This document shows positions 9,901-18,746 of a stretch of DNA of 55,227 nucleotides, piece by piece. Source of the DNA: a virus (taxonomy: Duplodnaviria > Caudoviricetes); the IMG/VR virus record IMGVR_UViG_3300032282_000541, positions 1-55,227 of that record; one strand, written 5' to 3'. A program made the position numbers and the translations under genes. The stretch's first letter is position 1. The number at the start of each line of letters is the position of its first letter. The notes below the pieces were generated by a model, which ran no database searches, was not told where the DNA came from, and worked only from the letters and a program-made list of their open reading frames with translations.

Positions 9901-10789
9901 TTGCGTAATCTTCCGCTTCTCTTTTGTCTCTAAGGGTCATCAAAAGTTGGCCGTTAGCATTTCTTATTTCATATTCATGGCGCTGTACCTTACCGTACCC
10001 CTTATCACGCCCTTGCTGATGCCAGTCAGACTGCAACTCTTCAAGGTGCAACAGCTTCTCACCGCTGGGGCCAGTGCGGTCTTTCACTCGCATGCTGGCA
10101 AGGATGTTTGGCTCATGATTAAAGTGAGCGCCTACGCCGGGAAATAATTGCTGTCCCAATACAACGGAAGCTTGCCCACTGCTCCCAGCATGCTTGGATG
10201 CCTCATCAGGGTCATCAAATAGAATTTTCTCTTCGCCCGGGCGTTGCGCCCAATACTTAGCAGGCATCTTGATCAGCATCTCGCGGTAGTTTTCGCCGCC
10301 GGGAAGCGTCCATTTCTCATGGTATCCATGATCAGGTTGTTCAGTCAAATGCTCTCGCGCAATACGCAATGCATTTGGCATATGGCTGGATCGCAACCTT
10401 CTCATTTCGTCCGCAAGAAGGGATCGGTATTCGCTTGACGTGTCAGATGCCTCACTAGCGTACTCTCTAGAGCGTGTTGAGATTAACCTGTTGGCATACT
10501 TGCGAAGCGCCTCTCTGCTTGGCGGCTCAGGCTCTTCACCCAAAACTTTTTCAGCAATAGCTGGCACTGGACGGATGGCAAGGTTCGCCATGAACTGGTC
10601 ATGAGTCATGCGTGGCATGCCCAACACTTCACCCAGTCCACGCTCTTGTATCTCTGTCTGCTTGATGCCGGGGATGCCCATCAGTTCCTTCATGAACTCG
10701 GCACCAGTCCCAACCTTGCGCCTCAGCAGGCCAGCGGCTCTGTCAATAGAGGAGTGAAAGGGCTTGCCCTCTCCGACCAGCTTCTTCAT
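6899..10789 (-). CDS. Large multidomain (polyvalent-type) protein
   Basis: N-terminal domain with PGGENYRE...EELQSDWHQ...DAPFK, a Pro/Gln/Met linker, and a C-terminal domain with TCPGQTEGC...CFA (Gp88-like); domains are bounded by AxGG motifs. Confidence 0.65.
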   Translation of the reverse strand: MKKLVGEGKPFHSSIDRAAGLLRRKVGTGAEFMKELMGIPGIKQTEIQERGLGEVLGMPRMTHDQFMANLAIRPVPAIAEKVLGEEPEPPSREALRKYANRLISTRSREYASEASDTSSEYRSLLADEMRRLRSSHMPNALRIAREHLTEQPDHGYHEKWTLPGGENYREMLIKMPAKYWAQRPGEEKILFDDPDEASKHAGSSGQASVVLGQQLFPGVGAHFNHEPNILASMRVKDRTGPSGEKLLHLEELQSDWHQQGRDKGYGKVQRHEYEIRNANGQLLMTLRDKREAEDYAKNHNGTVTESEPFTVDTGIPDAPFKKNWEEMALKRLIHHAAEKGYHGVVVTPGVEQAKRYNIGNHIGYLGYHPEEERLKAYGHDRREVMNEAGIKKEDLPSHIGKEVADRLLKAPQVLGTHQLEGEDIHVGGKGMKAFYDTKVPNILNSIGKKYGVKTQLGGHRLQGSPEDYGNAVEKLGIAHIPMAQLTPEQNQKIAETADKRLHHFPITEDMRKDVLTNGLPLYAQGGIIHKAEGGNVQPSLTQMKMEIAKKANPINLKNIGVNEAPGMFPKTFFPPDQEYGGMPTPGGVATTSGMPVGGVDTSQQQPGQQLMPQPMTPPPQPEQQGGLPGQPPPPGGMPDMAPQGATPPMGNMLQMTPQGQALGAMKPPQAMAKGGSAKSVEEMKSEMAAKAPTDTGKRVTINAEGSGGVKGIVVPRHTLEGNKKAGAVGMHEMNEARAKVYGDDHRDPLTLSKMASMHKKTLADHFAKSPEEQHEAEEAALNRLREAKHIGKTANTLDESEKLDTVRHEEDAQGRTHIGFASKGVAGHALYTTGHGKDTKYNVINTCPGQTEGCGGGKDANGIVDTKKGTCFAPNAESQYAGAAVRRAAHEQAKHDPAMTNDWILAHTGSLRNAARLADKNNKRLLFRPNVVDETDVTSRHVIRHLNDQRKADKKPPIIANSYGKTNELHDPENGYYVTHSNVGPKVKKGESIAENIGRDKARVRNTIMAADNKGDFTNEQGNKTPPKGSYMVTDVKRGSPMSKKMEEHITHAKYWTTGREDHELTPEEKKEGPEGHFGGDGKPTKPEQAHYGHTTVGGKRFDYQKQHILHPRLVNVPERKKNKKTGQMETVDHMIPTDSRFKDEEFLPEKRFMTKNGKKAGHILMTTPTESTSNIGHQTSFTHNVSDKHIEHAIANKGEYEIDKPEDQLKAAGKEYRAPQSIKFYAEGGAVGGRHPGYSDDDFHAFPEQNVAAQRHLAMRHGEDETKHTRFKMPVAVHKNTGTMQLEMILKKKAK

Positions 10790-12069
10790 AGTGAGCGTTC
10801 CTCAATATCTAGGTGGTGGGCATGGGTGACTGGGCCACCTTGTCCATACAGCGAGCGTTTGCCATACACGGGATTCTTTGCCAGCACCAAGGGGCCGATC
10901 TGAACGACGTGCTCAGAGTGCGTGATGGGCTTCATGGTCTCGCGGTCATAGAAGTCACCATGGCGGCGCGGGTCGTATCCCACTTGACGGTAGTCAGGAT
11001 GGTTCAGGTACTTCTGCATGTGCTTGACGGCTTTGTCTTCGTCGATGTGCTCAAGCTCACCCTTTATCCGGGCAAACGGTGTCTTGGTCTGCTCGCCAGT
11101 GGCAACCCGGATGGCTTTGCTTGGGGAGCCCTCAAAGGTTGCATTGCGTACCGAGGATACCGAACCATATGAGGTGGGGAACTTGTCCTGCCCACCCGAC
11201 TCATCATGGATGGAGTTCACCCACACACCATGGCGCTCGTATGCCGGGATGTCCAAGCGTAGTCCAACACGGTGCCCAGCAGGCCAATTGTTGTGTGACT
11301 TCCAATTCTGCTTCTGCCTGTCAATCAGTACGTCCATTGCCTGCTCGTCAGTGGCAGGCTTGGGAATGAAGTTGTACGCCTTCACAGGCTTTTCTTTTGC
11401 CACCACCTTGGCATAGGCCGCTTGCTTCATCTTGCCATCAGCCAGTGCCCGTGCGGCGGCTTCTATGTTGGGGTTGCGACGGCTGGCCGCATCATCAAAT
11501 ACGGTAGGACGCACCTCGACCTTGCCGCCCTTGGCCTCGTGGATCACCTTGCGGGAGATGATGCCGAGACCTACGTCATGTTCCTTCTCGTACCGCTCTG
11601 CCTTGTGCAATGGGTACAGGTGCTTGGTCTCTGTGTTGATGTCGAACTGTGACCCAGCAGGCACCAAGTGGTGGCCTTCCATCTCGCGGAATCTTTTCTT
11701 GTTCACCACCTCGGGTTCGCCGATAGTCACTTCTCCAATGGCTTTGGCTGGGCCTTCACCAGTCCTGACAATAGCCACACGCTTGCCTACGTAGGGGCGT
11801 AAGGTGTCACTGTTGCGGGACTCATATGTCTTGTGGCCGTCCACAATCAGATCAGCATAGCTAAGGTCTGCCTTGCGGTCGGATGCCACGTTGATGCCCA
11901 TCACTGACCCACCCTTGGCCTTCTTATCAGTAGGCAGTGACACGCCTTTGCCTGCCATCTTTTCCATATTGGCAATACCTTGCATGCGCTGATCAAACTG
12001 CAATCCAGCAGGCTTAAACATTTCTTTTAGGCGCTGTAGTTCAGCTAATTGCGCGGGTGTCAAAGGCAT
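10786..12069 (-). CDS. ASCH-domain-containing multidomain protein
   Basis: YADLIVDGHKTYESR...AIGEVTI matches the ASCH GxKxxExR signature; a second unknown domain follows. Confidence 0.72.
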   Translation of the reverse strand: MPLTPAQLAELQRLKEMFKPAGLQFDQRMQGIANMEKMAGKGVSLPTDKKAKGGSVMGINVASDRKADLSYADLIVDGHKTYESRNSDTLRPYVGKRVAIVRTGEGPAKAIGEVTIGEPEVVNKKRFREMEGHHLVPAGSQFDINTETKHLYPLHKAERYEKEHDVGLGIISRKVIHEAKGGKVEVRPTVFDDAASRRNPNIEAAARALADGKMKQAAYAKVVAKEKPVKAYNFIPKPATDEQAMDVLIDRQKQNWKSHNNWPAGHRVGLRLDIPAYERHGVWVNSIHDESGGQDKFPTSYGSVSSVRNATFEGSPSKAIRVATGEQTKTPFARIKGELEHIDEDKAVKHMQKYLNHPDYRQVGYDPRRHGDFYDRETMKPITHSEHVVQIGPLVLAKNPVYGKRSLYGQGGPVTHAHHLDIEERSL

Positions 12070-12130
12070 ATCAACCTCAAAAGGGAATTGCCGAGATTAT
12101 GCCTTCGCAGGGCAGTCAGAGCAACGTCCA

Positions 12131-12349
12131 TCAGCTTGGCAGATCGCCAGACTCTCGCAACTCTTTATCTCTGCGCCACCTGATCCACTCGCGCAACTGC
12201 TGGATAGCTTGTTGCTCGTTGATCTCTGCACGAGCACTGGTGAGGACTTCAAAGCGGTTGGCGCACACCGTGGTTCGGACTCCGTCGGTCTGAACAATCT
12301 TGGAATAGTCTTCGCCTGCATTGATTTCGATGTAGTCGTCATTTGCCAT
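12131..12349 (-). CDS. Small hypothetical protein
   Basis: AGGAGG RBS upstream of the ATG; 72 aa. Confidence 0.6.
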   Translation of the reverse strand: MANDDYIEINAGEDYSKIVQTDGVRTTVCANRFEVLTSARAEINEQQAIQQLREWIRWRRDKELRESGDLPS

Positions 12350-12374
12350 TCTACCTCCTGTAATGATTTGTGAT

Positions 12375-12420
12375 TAGTAGTCAGACTACGCTTTTGACTA
12401 GTAGTCAGACTACGCTTTTG
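12375..12420. repeat. Tandem 24-nt repeat, each unit carrying the palindrome GTAGTC-A-GACTAC
   Basis: tagtagtcagactacgcttttg at 12375 and 12399. Confidence 0.95.
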
Positions 12421-13857
12421 TCAGACACCATACGGATTCTCGCGGCCTCGCATGTTGTATATCTCTGCGTCGGTGATGTCTTCCTGCTCCAAGTCTTCCC
12501 GTGGTGGTGCGTCGATGCTGATCCACCCGGCATCGCGCAGATACCGTAGTCCTTGGCTGATGCAGTCTACGAACTCGTCATGCACAGTGCCCTCGGGGAA
12601 TGAGCATATCTGGCTGACCATGCCTTCAGCCCAGTCTCTGACAAAGCCTTTGCGCTTGCCCGACTCTGGCACCCAGACTCTTCCAGCTTTGATAATGTTC
12701 GCCACGATGGACAGTCGCTGTACTTTGTCAGCCCTGCCGGGGTTGTAGGCGATCACAGGCAGGTGCGCCTGCTGTAAGTCTTGGATCAGGGAGATGCCTG
12801 CGCTCTTGTCTTCCACGAGGATCACGTCCACCAGCTTCTTGCCCTTGCCTTCACCGTAGACCGTCTCGAACTCGTCGATCACCTTGGGGCGCAGTTGCGG
12901 GTATTGCAGGTGGTCTTGCCAGCAGTCGAGGATCATGACGCACATGCCACCGTCCATGGGCTTGAACACGCCCAGTGTGATGCACCCGGTCGGGTCGTTG
13001 ATCGTCTTATCACTGGTGGCGCAGTCATAGCTCTGGAGGATGTACTCCAGCTTGGGGAAGGGCTTGCCGTCCGGCCACAGCCTGAACCAGTCCCGTTTGA
13101 CGATGCCGCCTTCCTCGGGGTCGATGATCTCAGCGTGAATCTCCTGCCGTCCAAGGTTGGTGCCCTCGTACTGAAGAATCTGCTTCTGGAACGATGGGGC
13201 CAAGTTCTTGATGTTGCTGTACGTGCTGGCCCGGGTGATGGTCACGTCGTCACCTTCGCGCTCTATCAACTCCAGCACCACGTCCTTGGGCTTGGGCGTA
13301 GTCGAGCAGATCAGCTTGGTGCGTGTACCCAGCCGGATACCGAACTGGATCATGTCCCATGAGTCACGCAGGTATTCCCATGCGGCCAACTCATCCAGCC
13401 AGCCGCCGTGGAACTGCGGCCCCCGGAACCGCTCAGGCTCCGATGCCGGGATACCCTTGATCAGGCTCCCATTGATCAGGGTGATCTCATGCAGGCTGGA
13501 GTTGTACTTCTCAATGATGGCCGGGGGAATGACCTTCAGTAGGCCGGACTCACCCTCAAAGCAGGTGCTCTTCAAATCTCCACTGGTCGGAGCGGATACC
13601 AGCCACCGGGTGCCTGCCTGCTCCCATGCCCACCATCCCAGCGTCTCTGCCGCCGCTCTGGTCTTCCCGGCTCCACGGCCAGCCAGCAGTAACCATATGT
13701 TCCACCAGTCACCCTCAGGCTCTATCTGGTGCTTGAGCGCCTGCACCTTCAGCCATGTCATCTGCCAATTGATGGTGGCCTGCTCTACAGGGGAAAGCTT
13801 CGCAAACTCGGTCTGAAGATATACCTCGTCGTCGAGGATTGCCTCTGCAACGCTCAT
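12421..13857 (-). CDS. terL: Terminase large subunit
   Basis: Walker A AGRGAGKT, Walker B WLDE, coupling motif STTP, nuclease motifs QSYD and HDEFVD. Confidence 0.96.
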   Translation of the reverse strand: MSVAEAILDDEVYLQTEFAKLSPVEQATINWQMTWLKVQALKHQIEPEGDWWNIWLLLAGRGAGKTRAAAETLGWWAWEQAGTRWLVSAPTSGDLKSTCFEGESGLLKVIPPAIIEKYNSSLHEITLINGSLIKGIPASEPERFRGPQFHGGWLDELAAWEYLRDSWDMIQFGIRLGTRTKLICSTTPKPKDVVLELIEREGDDVTITRASTYSNIKNLAPSFQKQILQYEGTNLGRQEIHAEIIDPEEGGIVKRDWFRLWPDGKPFPKLEYILQSYDCATSDKTINDPTGCITLGVFKPMDGGMCVMILDCWQDHLQYPQLRPKVIDEFETVYGEGKGKKLVDVILVEDKSAGISLIQDLQQAHLPVIAYNPGRADKVQRLSIVANIIKAGRVWVPESGKRKGFVRDWAEGMVSQICSFPEGTVHDEFVDCISQGLRYLRDAGWISIDAPPREDLEQEDITDAEIYNMRGRENPYGV

Positions 13858-14165
13858 AGGGGCTTGATCAGGGCGTAGGGTTCGTTGGTGCGCTTAACCG
13901 TGTCTTCCATGGCCTTGAGGTCTTCCAGTAATTCCTTTTGTACCAACTCAAGGTCATTGATCATCAGGTAGTTGTCGATCACGTTCCACTTCTTGGTCTC
14001 CCACAAGATGCGGGGTGCCATGTGCAGGCGCACCCTCAGGCGGTAGGTGGTGGCCGTGTTGGTGGCGAAGTCATACCAAGCCCACAGCAAACGAAAGCCG
14101 CCCGGTGCTCGGCTGAAGTTCAGGCCCAGCTTGATGTGGTGGCCTTCTGGTGTGTAGTGAATCAT
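13854..14165 (-). CDS. Hypothetical protein
   Basis: 103 aa; 4-nt overlaps with both neighbours. Confidence 0.6.
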   Translation of the reverse strand: MIHYTPEGHHIKLGLNFSRAPGGFRLLWAWYDFATNTATTYRLRVRLHMAPRILWETKKWNVIDNYLMINDLELVQKELLEDLKAMEDTVKRTNEPYALIKPL

Positions 14166-14407
14166 TCTGCGACCTCGTAAGTCATTTCAAAGATGTCTGG
14201 CTTGCATGGGTAGTGCTCGCCCTTTACGCCTGTGATGATCCAGTCACCAATCGTGACCTGCATTTGGCCTTCCAGCGTGTGAATCCACCCGGTAGCTGGC
14301 TCGTTGTCTTTTCTGGGCATTGTGCTGACTTTTGGGTGGGTCTCGTGCCCAAGCCATTGAACAGCTTCGACCACCACGGGTTTCTTGCGGTACTGTGCCA
14401 TGGTCAC
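14162..14407 (-). CDS. Conserved small phage protein (YPCKPDIF family)
   Basis: YRKKPVVVEAVQW...TLEG...GDWIITGVKGEHYPCKPDIFEMTY. Confidence 0.75.
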   Translation of the reverse strand: MTMAQYRKKPVVVEAVQWLGHETHPKVSTMPRKDNEPATGWIHTLEGQMQVTIGDWIITGVKGEHYPCKPDIFEMTYEVAE

Positions 14408-14778
14408 TCCCCTGCCTGTCGGCTCATCTTGATAGATTTGAGCAGTTCACCGAACACGCTCACGTTGTGCTCGATCACCACCGGGTTGGTGTCACTGCCT
14501 GAGTGCTCCAACCGCGCCAGCTTAGGTATGTGGTACTCGACTACGCTTTGGAACATGTCGAACGCCTTAGCCGGGTTGGGTGGCACCACGTACTTCTCAA
14601 TGGGCTCACCGTCATCGGTTATCTCCAGCACCTTCACACCGTTGGCTACCTGATCAAGCCACTCAGTGAGCCTGTAGGCGTTTCCATCCACAAATGATGC
14701 TATGGCCTGCCTTGCATCCGAAGTGGCCTTATTTGGGCTTCCTGCTGGCCTCCCTGCGCCTTTATTACCTGTTGCCAT
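14404..14778 (-). CDS. terS: Terminase small subunit
   Basis: GRPAGSPNK N-terminus and YHIPKL; upstream of terL; start taken at MATG after a GGGAGG RBS. Confidence 0.7.
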   Translation of the reverse strand: MATGNKGAGRPAGSPNKATSDARQAIASFVDGNAYRLTEWLDQVANGVKVLEITDDGEPIEKYVVPPNPAKAFDMFQSVVEYHIPKLARLEHSGSDTNPVVIEHNVSVFGELLKSIKMSRQAGE

Positions 14779-14896
14779 AGTCCCTCCCAATAGATTTGAA
14801 TTGTTTATTCAAGAATTGAGGTATTTTGTTTTCATCGGTCATATTCCAGTCCTTTGTCGCGCAGTCGTTTCAGCGCATAGGACGTGAGTTTACTAT

Positions 14897-15142
14897 CTAA
14901 CTCCTCTTCTTGTGAAGAGCGTATTCTTTGTCGAATGCTTCGTTCACATCTTTTTCGCGGATCAGGGTGCCTACTTGTCTTGGCATGCCCAAACCGTTTA
15001 TTACTGCGATGACCTCAGTCACCAACTCTGGCCTTTGTGTGTGGACATAGTCAATTTGAAGCCGTTGGGTGTAAACCTCTACGTTTTCTTTGTAGTCTTC
15101 GCCGATCAGCTTGACCGTGATCTCTAGCCATTTGTGTGTCAT
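14897..15142 (-). CDS. Hypothetical protein
   Basis: 81 aa; coupled to the upstream ORF. Confidence 0.5.
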   Translation of the reverse strand: MTHKWLEITVKLIGEDYKENVEVYTQRLQIDYVHTQRPELVTEVIAVINGLGMPRQVGTLIREKDVNEAFDKEYALHKKRS

Positions 15143-15327
15143 TCTGCCTCCAAAGGCACATCACGCCATTCGCCATCTAAAATTTGGTCTTTGTCAGAGT
15201 TCCATGTTTTACCTTCCCACCACTGCTGAAGGATGCGAACAGTTTTTGGTTGCACTACGTCTTTGTAATCTTGAAATGGCACAAATATCTCTCGCTCAAC
15301 AAATCGTAGTTTTGGTGTTGGTTTCAT
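15139..15327 (-). CDS. Hypothetical protein
   Basis: MKPTPKLRFVER...LQQWW...EWRDVP; start chosen at the 4-nt overlap. Confidence 0.55.
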   Translation of the reverse strand: MKPTPKLRFVEREIFVPFQDYKDVVQPKTVRILQQWWEGKTWNSDKDQILDGEWRDVPLEAE

Positions 15328-15590
15328 TGTTTCTTCCCTTCTCTGTATCCACGTTGATATTCTTTTTCCAAACGCTGTTTGAACTTCTCTCCCACCCATG
15401 TCATGAAGACAATTGCACTCTCCTCAGCATTTCCCTCAAATGCCAGTCCGGGGCCGTTGAAATCCAGTACACCTACTTCATCGCCGTCTTGGTTCAAGAA
15501 GGTTAGCTTGCTGTCGTGCTTCGGTGGTTTGAAGCTCATGGTGGTTGGTATGCGGTTTTGTTGGCATTCTGGGCCTTCACTCATGTTCAC
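15324..15590 (-). CDS. Hypothetical protein
   Basis: 88 aa in a run of overlapping small ORFs. Confidence 0.5.
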   Translation of the reverse strand: MNMSEGPECQQNRIPTTMSFKPPKHDSKLTFLNQDGDEVGVLDFNGPGLAFEGNAEESAIVFMTWVGEKFKQRLEKEYQRGYREGKKQ

Positions 15591-15924
15591 TCCTCAGGAT
15601 TCGTTGTTCGGCAAACTTCTGGTATGCCTTCAGTTCTTTGTTTTCGGTTTCCAGCCGCTCAACCTTACCCTTTAAGTGCTGGATGGTGCTGTTGGCACGC
15701 TCAATCCATTCTTTGACCTCTGTGGGCATTGAGAACATCTGATTGGCTGGTGCCTGCGCCACAGACTTGTTGGCTACCAGCAGGCGTGGTGGTGCCTTCT
15801 TTGCTACCTTCTTGGCTGGTGCCTTCTTGGCGGCTGGCTTAGTCGTAGCTTTTCGGGATACGGACACAGGTGATCTCCTCAGGGTTGTATTGCATGTCAG
15901 GGGTGTAACGAATATCAGGGGCAT
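15577..15924 (-). CDS. Basic Lys/Ala-rich protein with C-terminal coiled coil (start uncertain)
   Basis: KPAAKKAPAKKVAKK histone-like stretch. Confidence 0.5.
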   Translation of the reverse strand: MPLIFVTPLTCNTTLRRSPVSVSRKATTKPAAKKAPAKKVAKKAPPRLLVANKSVAQAPANQMFSMPTEVKEWIERANSTIQHLKGKVERLETENKELKAYQKFAEQRILRSEHE

Positions 15925-16151
15925 AGGCGCACAGGATCAGGATCATGACAAACCACATCCCAATCACAATCTTTGACCACATGGATTCTGGTGGCCGCTG
16001 GCTGGGTAAATGGCTCATCATTTCGTCAATCTCTTCTTTTTTCATTTGCCTCTCCAATAAATGCCGTGGACAAAGCCACCAAGCCAACCAGCCAGTAAGC
16101 CTATGGCAAGGGCACCAATGGTCAGGAAGGTGAATACTGTGATTTCGCAGA

Positions 16152-16478
16152 TCATTTAACTTCCTCTATGGTGATGCGGTATTCCTTGCCAAACACGTCA
16201 TGTACCGTGATGGTCTTCTTTGCGCTCAAAATCTTGCCTTCCGGGCTCATGTCGTACTTGGGTCGGCCAACTATTTGAAGCAAGCCTTCGCTGTCATGTG
16301 ACCTCAGCTTGCCTGAAATGATGTGGGCAATGTAGTCGCAGTAGGCCATCAAGCTTTGTGCGTGGACGGCGCTGTTAACAGCCATTTTGATCATTGGTTC
16401 AAAGTCTTCCATGTTGTTCTCCTTAATTCTCGTACACGCCAAGTTCACCGGGATTGATCCACTCTGCATGCAAACCAC
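16152..16478 (-). CDS. Hypothetical protein (probable start MEDFE near 16412)
   Basis: AAGGAG RBS before the internal Met. Confidence 0.5.
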   Translation of the reverse strand: MVCMQSGSIPVNLACTRIKENNMEDFEPMIKMAVNSAVHAQSLMAYCDYIAHIISGKLRSHDSEGLLQIVGRPKYDMSPEGKILSAKKTITVHDVFGKEYRITIEEVK

Positions 16479-16680
16479 ATTTGCTCAGGACTGCGTCAAT
16501 CTTTGGGTTGACTCCAAATATCCAATTGGGTTGTAGGTACCCATCGTAGTAGTCAGCCCACTTGTACGAATCGGGCTCCTCAGCGCTGATCTGGAAACGA
16601 CCATCCATGTCGTCACGGGTGTACACAGGTACGCCCAGCTTCTTGAGGGCGTTGAATGCTTTGATGTATGTGCGCTTCAT
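16423..16680 (-). CDS. Hypothetical protein
   Basis: 85 aa; 4-nt overlap with the upstream ORF. Confidence 0.6.
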   Translation of the reverse strand: MKRTYIKAFNALKKLGVPVYTRDDMDGRFQISAEEPDSYKWADYYDGYLQPNWIFGVNPKIDAVLSKCGLHAEWINPGELGVYEN

Positions 16681-17267
16681 GCTGTCACCTCTGTGGAAAT
16701 GACTTTGGGGCGCTGGATGACTGTTTGCTTCACGCCATTACGCACGCCGTGCTCTTTGATGGTGGCTATGATGGTGGCTGTCTCACCCTTGTCAGGAAAG
16801 CCATTGGCTTTGCCTTTGTAGATGATGGTGTTGTTGTTTTCATCTTCGCAGATGTTGATGTAGTTGGTGCCGTAGGTGCCGTCCAGAACGACAATGTGAA
16901 CAACCTTGATGGTGATGGTGGTCTTCTCGCCCACGGTGCCAATGTGCTCGCGTGTAGCGTCTATAGCGGCCTTCTTGTCAGCCCACTCTGCGCGACGTGC
17001 GGCACGGGCATCAATACCCTTCAAGACGGCCTCGCACTGCTTAGGGGATAACTTACCAAAGGTGTCAAGAGCATAGGCCATGGAGCCCATGAAATCGTCT
17101 TTGTACATCACGTTGCCATTGCGGTATTCGCGGCCAGCCTCGGAAGCTTCAAGGATTTCAAGAGCGCGAGGGTTGTTAGCCAACCATGTTTTGCGTGCGT
17201 TGAAAAGAATGTTGCGCTTGACGGCGTTTGCATATGCTACGGGGTGCTCGATATGTTCTGTTGACAT
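16677..17267 (-). CDS. Hypothetical protein, possible C-terminal OB-fold
   Basis: Strong RBS; LSPKQ motif then a beta-rich HIGTVGEK...ATIKEH...QTVIQRPK segment. Confidence 0.55.
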   Translation of the reverse strand: MSTEHIEHPVAYANAVKRNILFNARKTWLANNPRALEILEASEAGREYRNGNVMYKDDFMGSMAYALDTFGKLSPKQCEAVLKGIDARAARRAEWADKKAAIDATREHIGTVGEKTTITIKVVHIVVLDGTYGTNYINICEDENNNTIIYKGKANGFPDKGETATIIATIKEHGVRNGVKQTVIQRPKVISTEVTA

Positions 17268-17309
17268 GTTGATCTCCTGATTTAAACCTGCGTCATTGCA
17301 GTGAAAGAA

Positions 17310-17549
17310 CTATAACACAAAATTAGATTGTTTGAGATATTGTTTGGCGCGGCGCTTGTCGGCAATCGACATTGGCAAGCCCTGCTCCATGCGCTCGACC
17401 AGTCCCTTTTCGTATGCATAAGGATCGCAATCTGCCCAAGCGGTGTCGCCAAACTGCTCGGCACGCTCTTCGGCTGTCAGTTCAATGCGGGGGAGCCCTT
17501 GCTCCTTCCGCATTTTGATCTCGGCCAGTAATTGCTGATGTGTTCTCAT
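17310..17549 (-). CDS. Hypothetical protein
   Basis: 79 aa; same strand as neighbours. Confidence 0.5.
   Translation of the reverse strand: MRTHQQLLAEIKMRKEQGLPRIELTAEERAEQFGDTAWADCDPYAYEKGLVERMEQGLPMSIADKRRAKQYLKQSNFVL
17311..17327 (-). promoter_or_regulatory. Promoter/operator repeat (TCTAAC-N5-GTTAGA family)
   Basis: tataacacaaaattaga; the minus strand reads TG-T-TATAGT (extended -10). Confidence 0.65.
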
Positions 17550-17558
17550 CTTTTGACT

Positions 17559-17846
17559 TTAGTAGGTGTAAAAGCCTGCGACTGCTCCGACGTAACCACC
17601 CATGCAAGTTTTGCGGCTGAACATCTCGCTGTAGTCTAATGCGCCAACCCAGCGGTTCCATGCGGGAATGAAGAACACAACGTAGCGAGCAGGCTTGGCT
17701 TCTTTGTCGAAGTAGGTGCCTGCGGCTTTGGAAGCGGCGGCGGTTGCCTTCTCTGCGGCCTGCTGTGTTGCGTAGTTCTTGCAAGGCTGTTTGTTGGTGG
17801 TGCGGTACTCTTCGATGCGTGCTGTGACTGTTTCGATGATGTTCAT
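17559..17846 (-). CDS. Hypothetical early protein
   Basis: AAGGAG RBS; downstream of a promoter repeat. Confidence 0.6.
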   Translation of the reverse strand: MNIIETVTARIEEYRTTNKQPCKNYATQQAAEKATAAASKAAGTYFDKEAKPARYVVFFIPAWNRWVGALDYSEMFSRKTCMGGYVGAVAGFYTY

Positions 17847-17888
17847 GTTGATCTCCTTTTAAACCGATCTCGTTGACCGTGAGAGAAT

Positions 17889-17905
17889 TCTAACACGAAG
17901 TTAGA
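17889..17905 (-). promoter_or_regulatory. Promoter/operator repeat
   Basis: tctaacacgaagttaga inverted repeat overlapping TG-T-TAGAAT. Confidence 0.7.
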
Positions 17906-17929
17906 GTCTTGATTGTTTAGGTGTTTACC

Positions 17930-18256
17930 CTAGTCTTTTCTGATCGGCCTTGGCTGGCAGGTTTGGCCTTTGCCCATGGCTTTGTGGATGGTCGTCGCAG
18001 TCTCTAAGATGACCTCACCCTCCTCCAGTTTGTGTTCCACCTGCATGGCCGCTATATAAGCGATTTCTGCGCGGCTTATCTCGTCCTTTGCCAATAGCAA
18101 AGCTTTTGCCAGCAGGGAAGTGCTCAGGTTGACCATAACGTTGAGGGCAACCTGCATGTCGTGCTCGTCAATCAAGGCTTTCATCTTAGCGTGCAGGTAT
18201 GCCTCATTGGCATCAATGGCGTTGCTGATGGCTTTTATGGTTTTGTCGTCCATCAT
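17930..18256 (-). CDS. Hypothetical protein
   Basis: 108 aa; coupled ORF. Confidence 0.55.
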   Translation of the reverse strand: MMDDKTIKAISNAIDANEAYLHAKMKALIDEHDMQVALNVMVNLSTSLLAKALLLAKDEISRAEIAYIAAMQVEHKLEEGEVILETATTIHKAMGKGQTCQPRPIRKD

Positions 18257-18540
18257 TGTCTCTGGCTTGGTATACGGTTCAGAATGGCCTGAGCGACCGT
18301 TCTAAGGGCTGTGACTACCTCACCCTCATCTTCGTGGTCAGCAAAGGCCATAACAAGGTCAGCGCATGCCTGACGCTCAATCATGATGACCCGCTTGCTG
18401 GTCTCAATTGCCACCGTCATGATCTCGGCCTTGGCGATGGTGATGGCATCGTCGAACTCAGCTTGGGTGAAGAATGTCACTGCGCCTGAACCACCCAACA
18501 GTTGCCGGGCCAGTTGGCTCATTTCTTTTTTCTCGGTCAT
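18253..18540 (-). CDS. Hypothetical protein (ERQACA motif)
   Basis: 95 aa; coupled ORF. Confidence 0.55.
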   Translation of the reverse strand: MTEKKEMSQLARQLLGGSGAVTFFTQAEFDDAITIAKAEIMTVAIETSKRVIMIERQACADLVMAFADHEDEGEVVTALRTVAQAILNRIPSQRQ

Positions 18541-18737
18541 TTGAATTTCCTCACATTGGAAAACGGAATGTCAATTGGCTTTTCTGGTGGTGGTGGAGGC
18601 ATATTGGCGCTGGGTGGCACCCACCCATGTTTTCGCCAGATGGCCTGCACGTCAGACCCGCTACTCCATTTGAATTCGGCAGTAGGTATGCTGGGGTAGC
18701 TGATCTTTGAGTGCGGTGGCAAAGTGATCTTGCTCAT
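18537..18737 (-). CDS. Hypothetical protein
   Basis: 66 aa; WRKHGWVPPS motif. Confidence 0.55.
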   Translation of the reverse strand: MSKITLPPHSKISYPSIPTAEFKWSSGSDVQAIWRKHGWVPPSANMPPPPPEKPIDIPFSNVRKFK

Positions 18738-18746
18738 GAAAATCCC

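Noticed and set aside
12375-12420. Possible mini-CRISPR array
   Set aside because: Only two adjacent units with no spacers and no cas operon; better explained as tandem binding sites.
14533-14550. Sixth copy of the dispersed palindrome (gtactcgactacgctttg)
   Set aside because: Needs a mismatch plus a deletion and loses the symmetry; only a half-site match.
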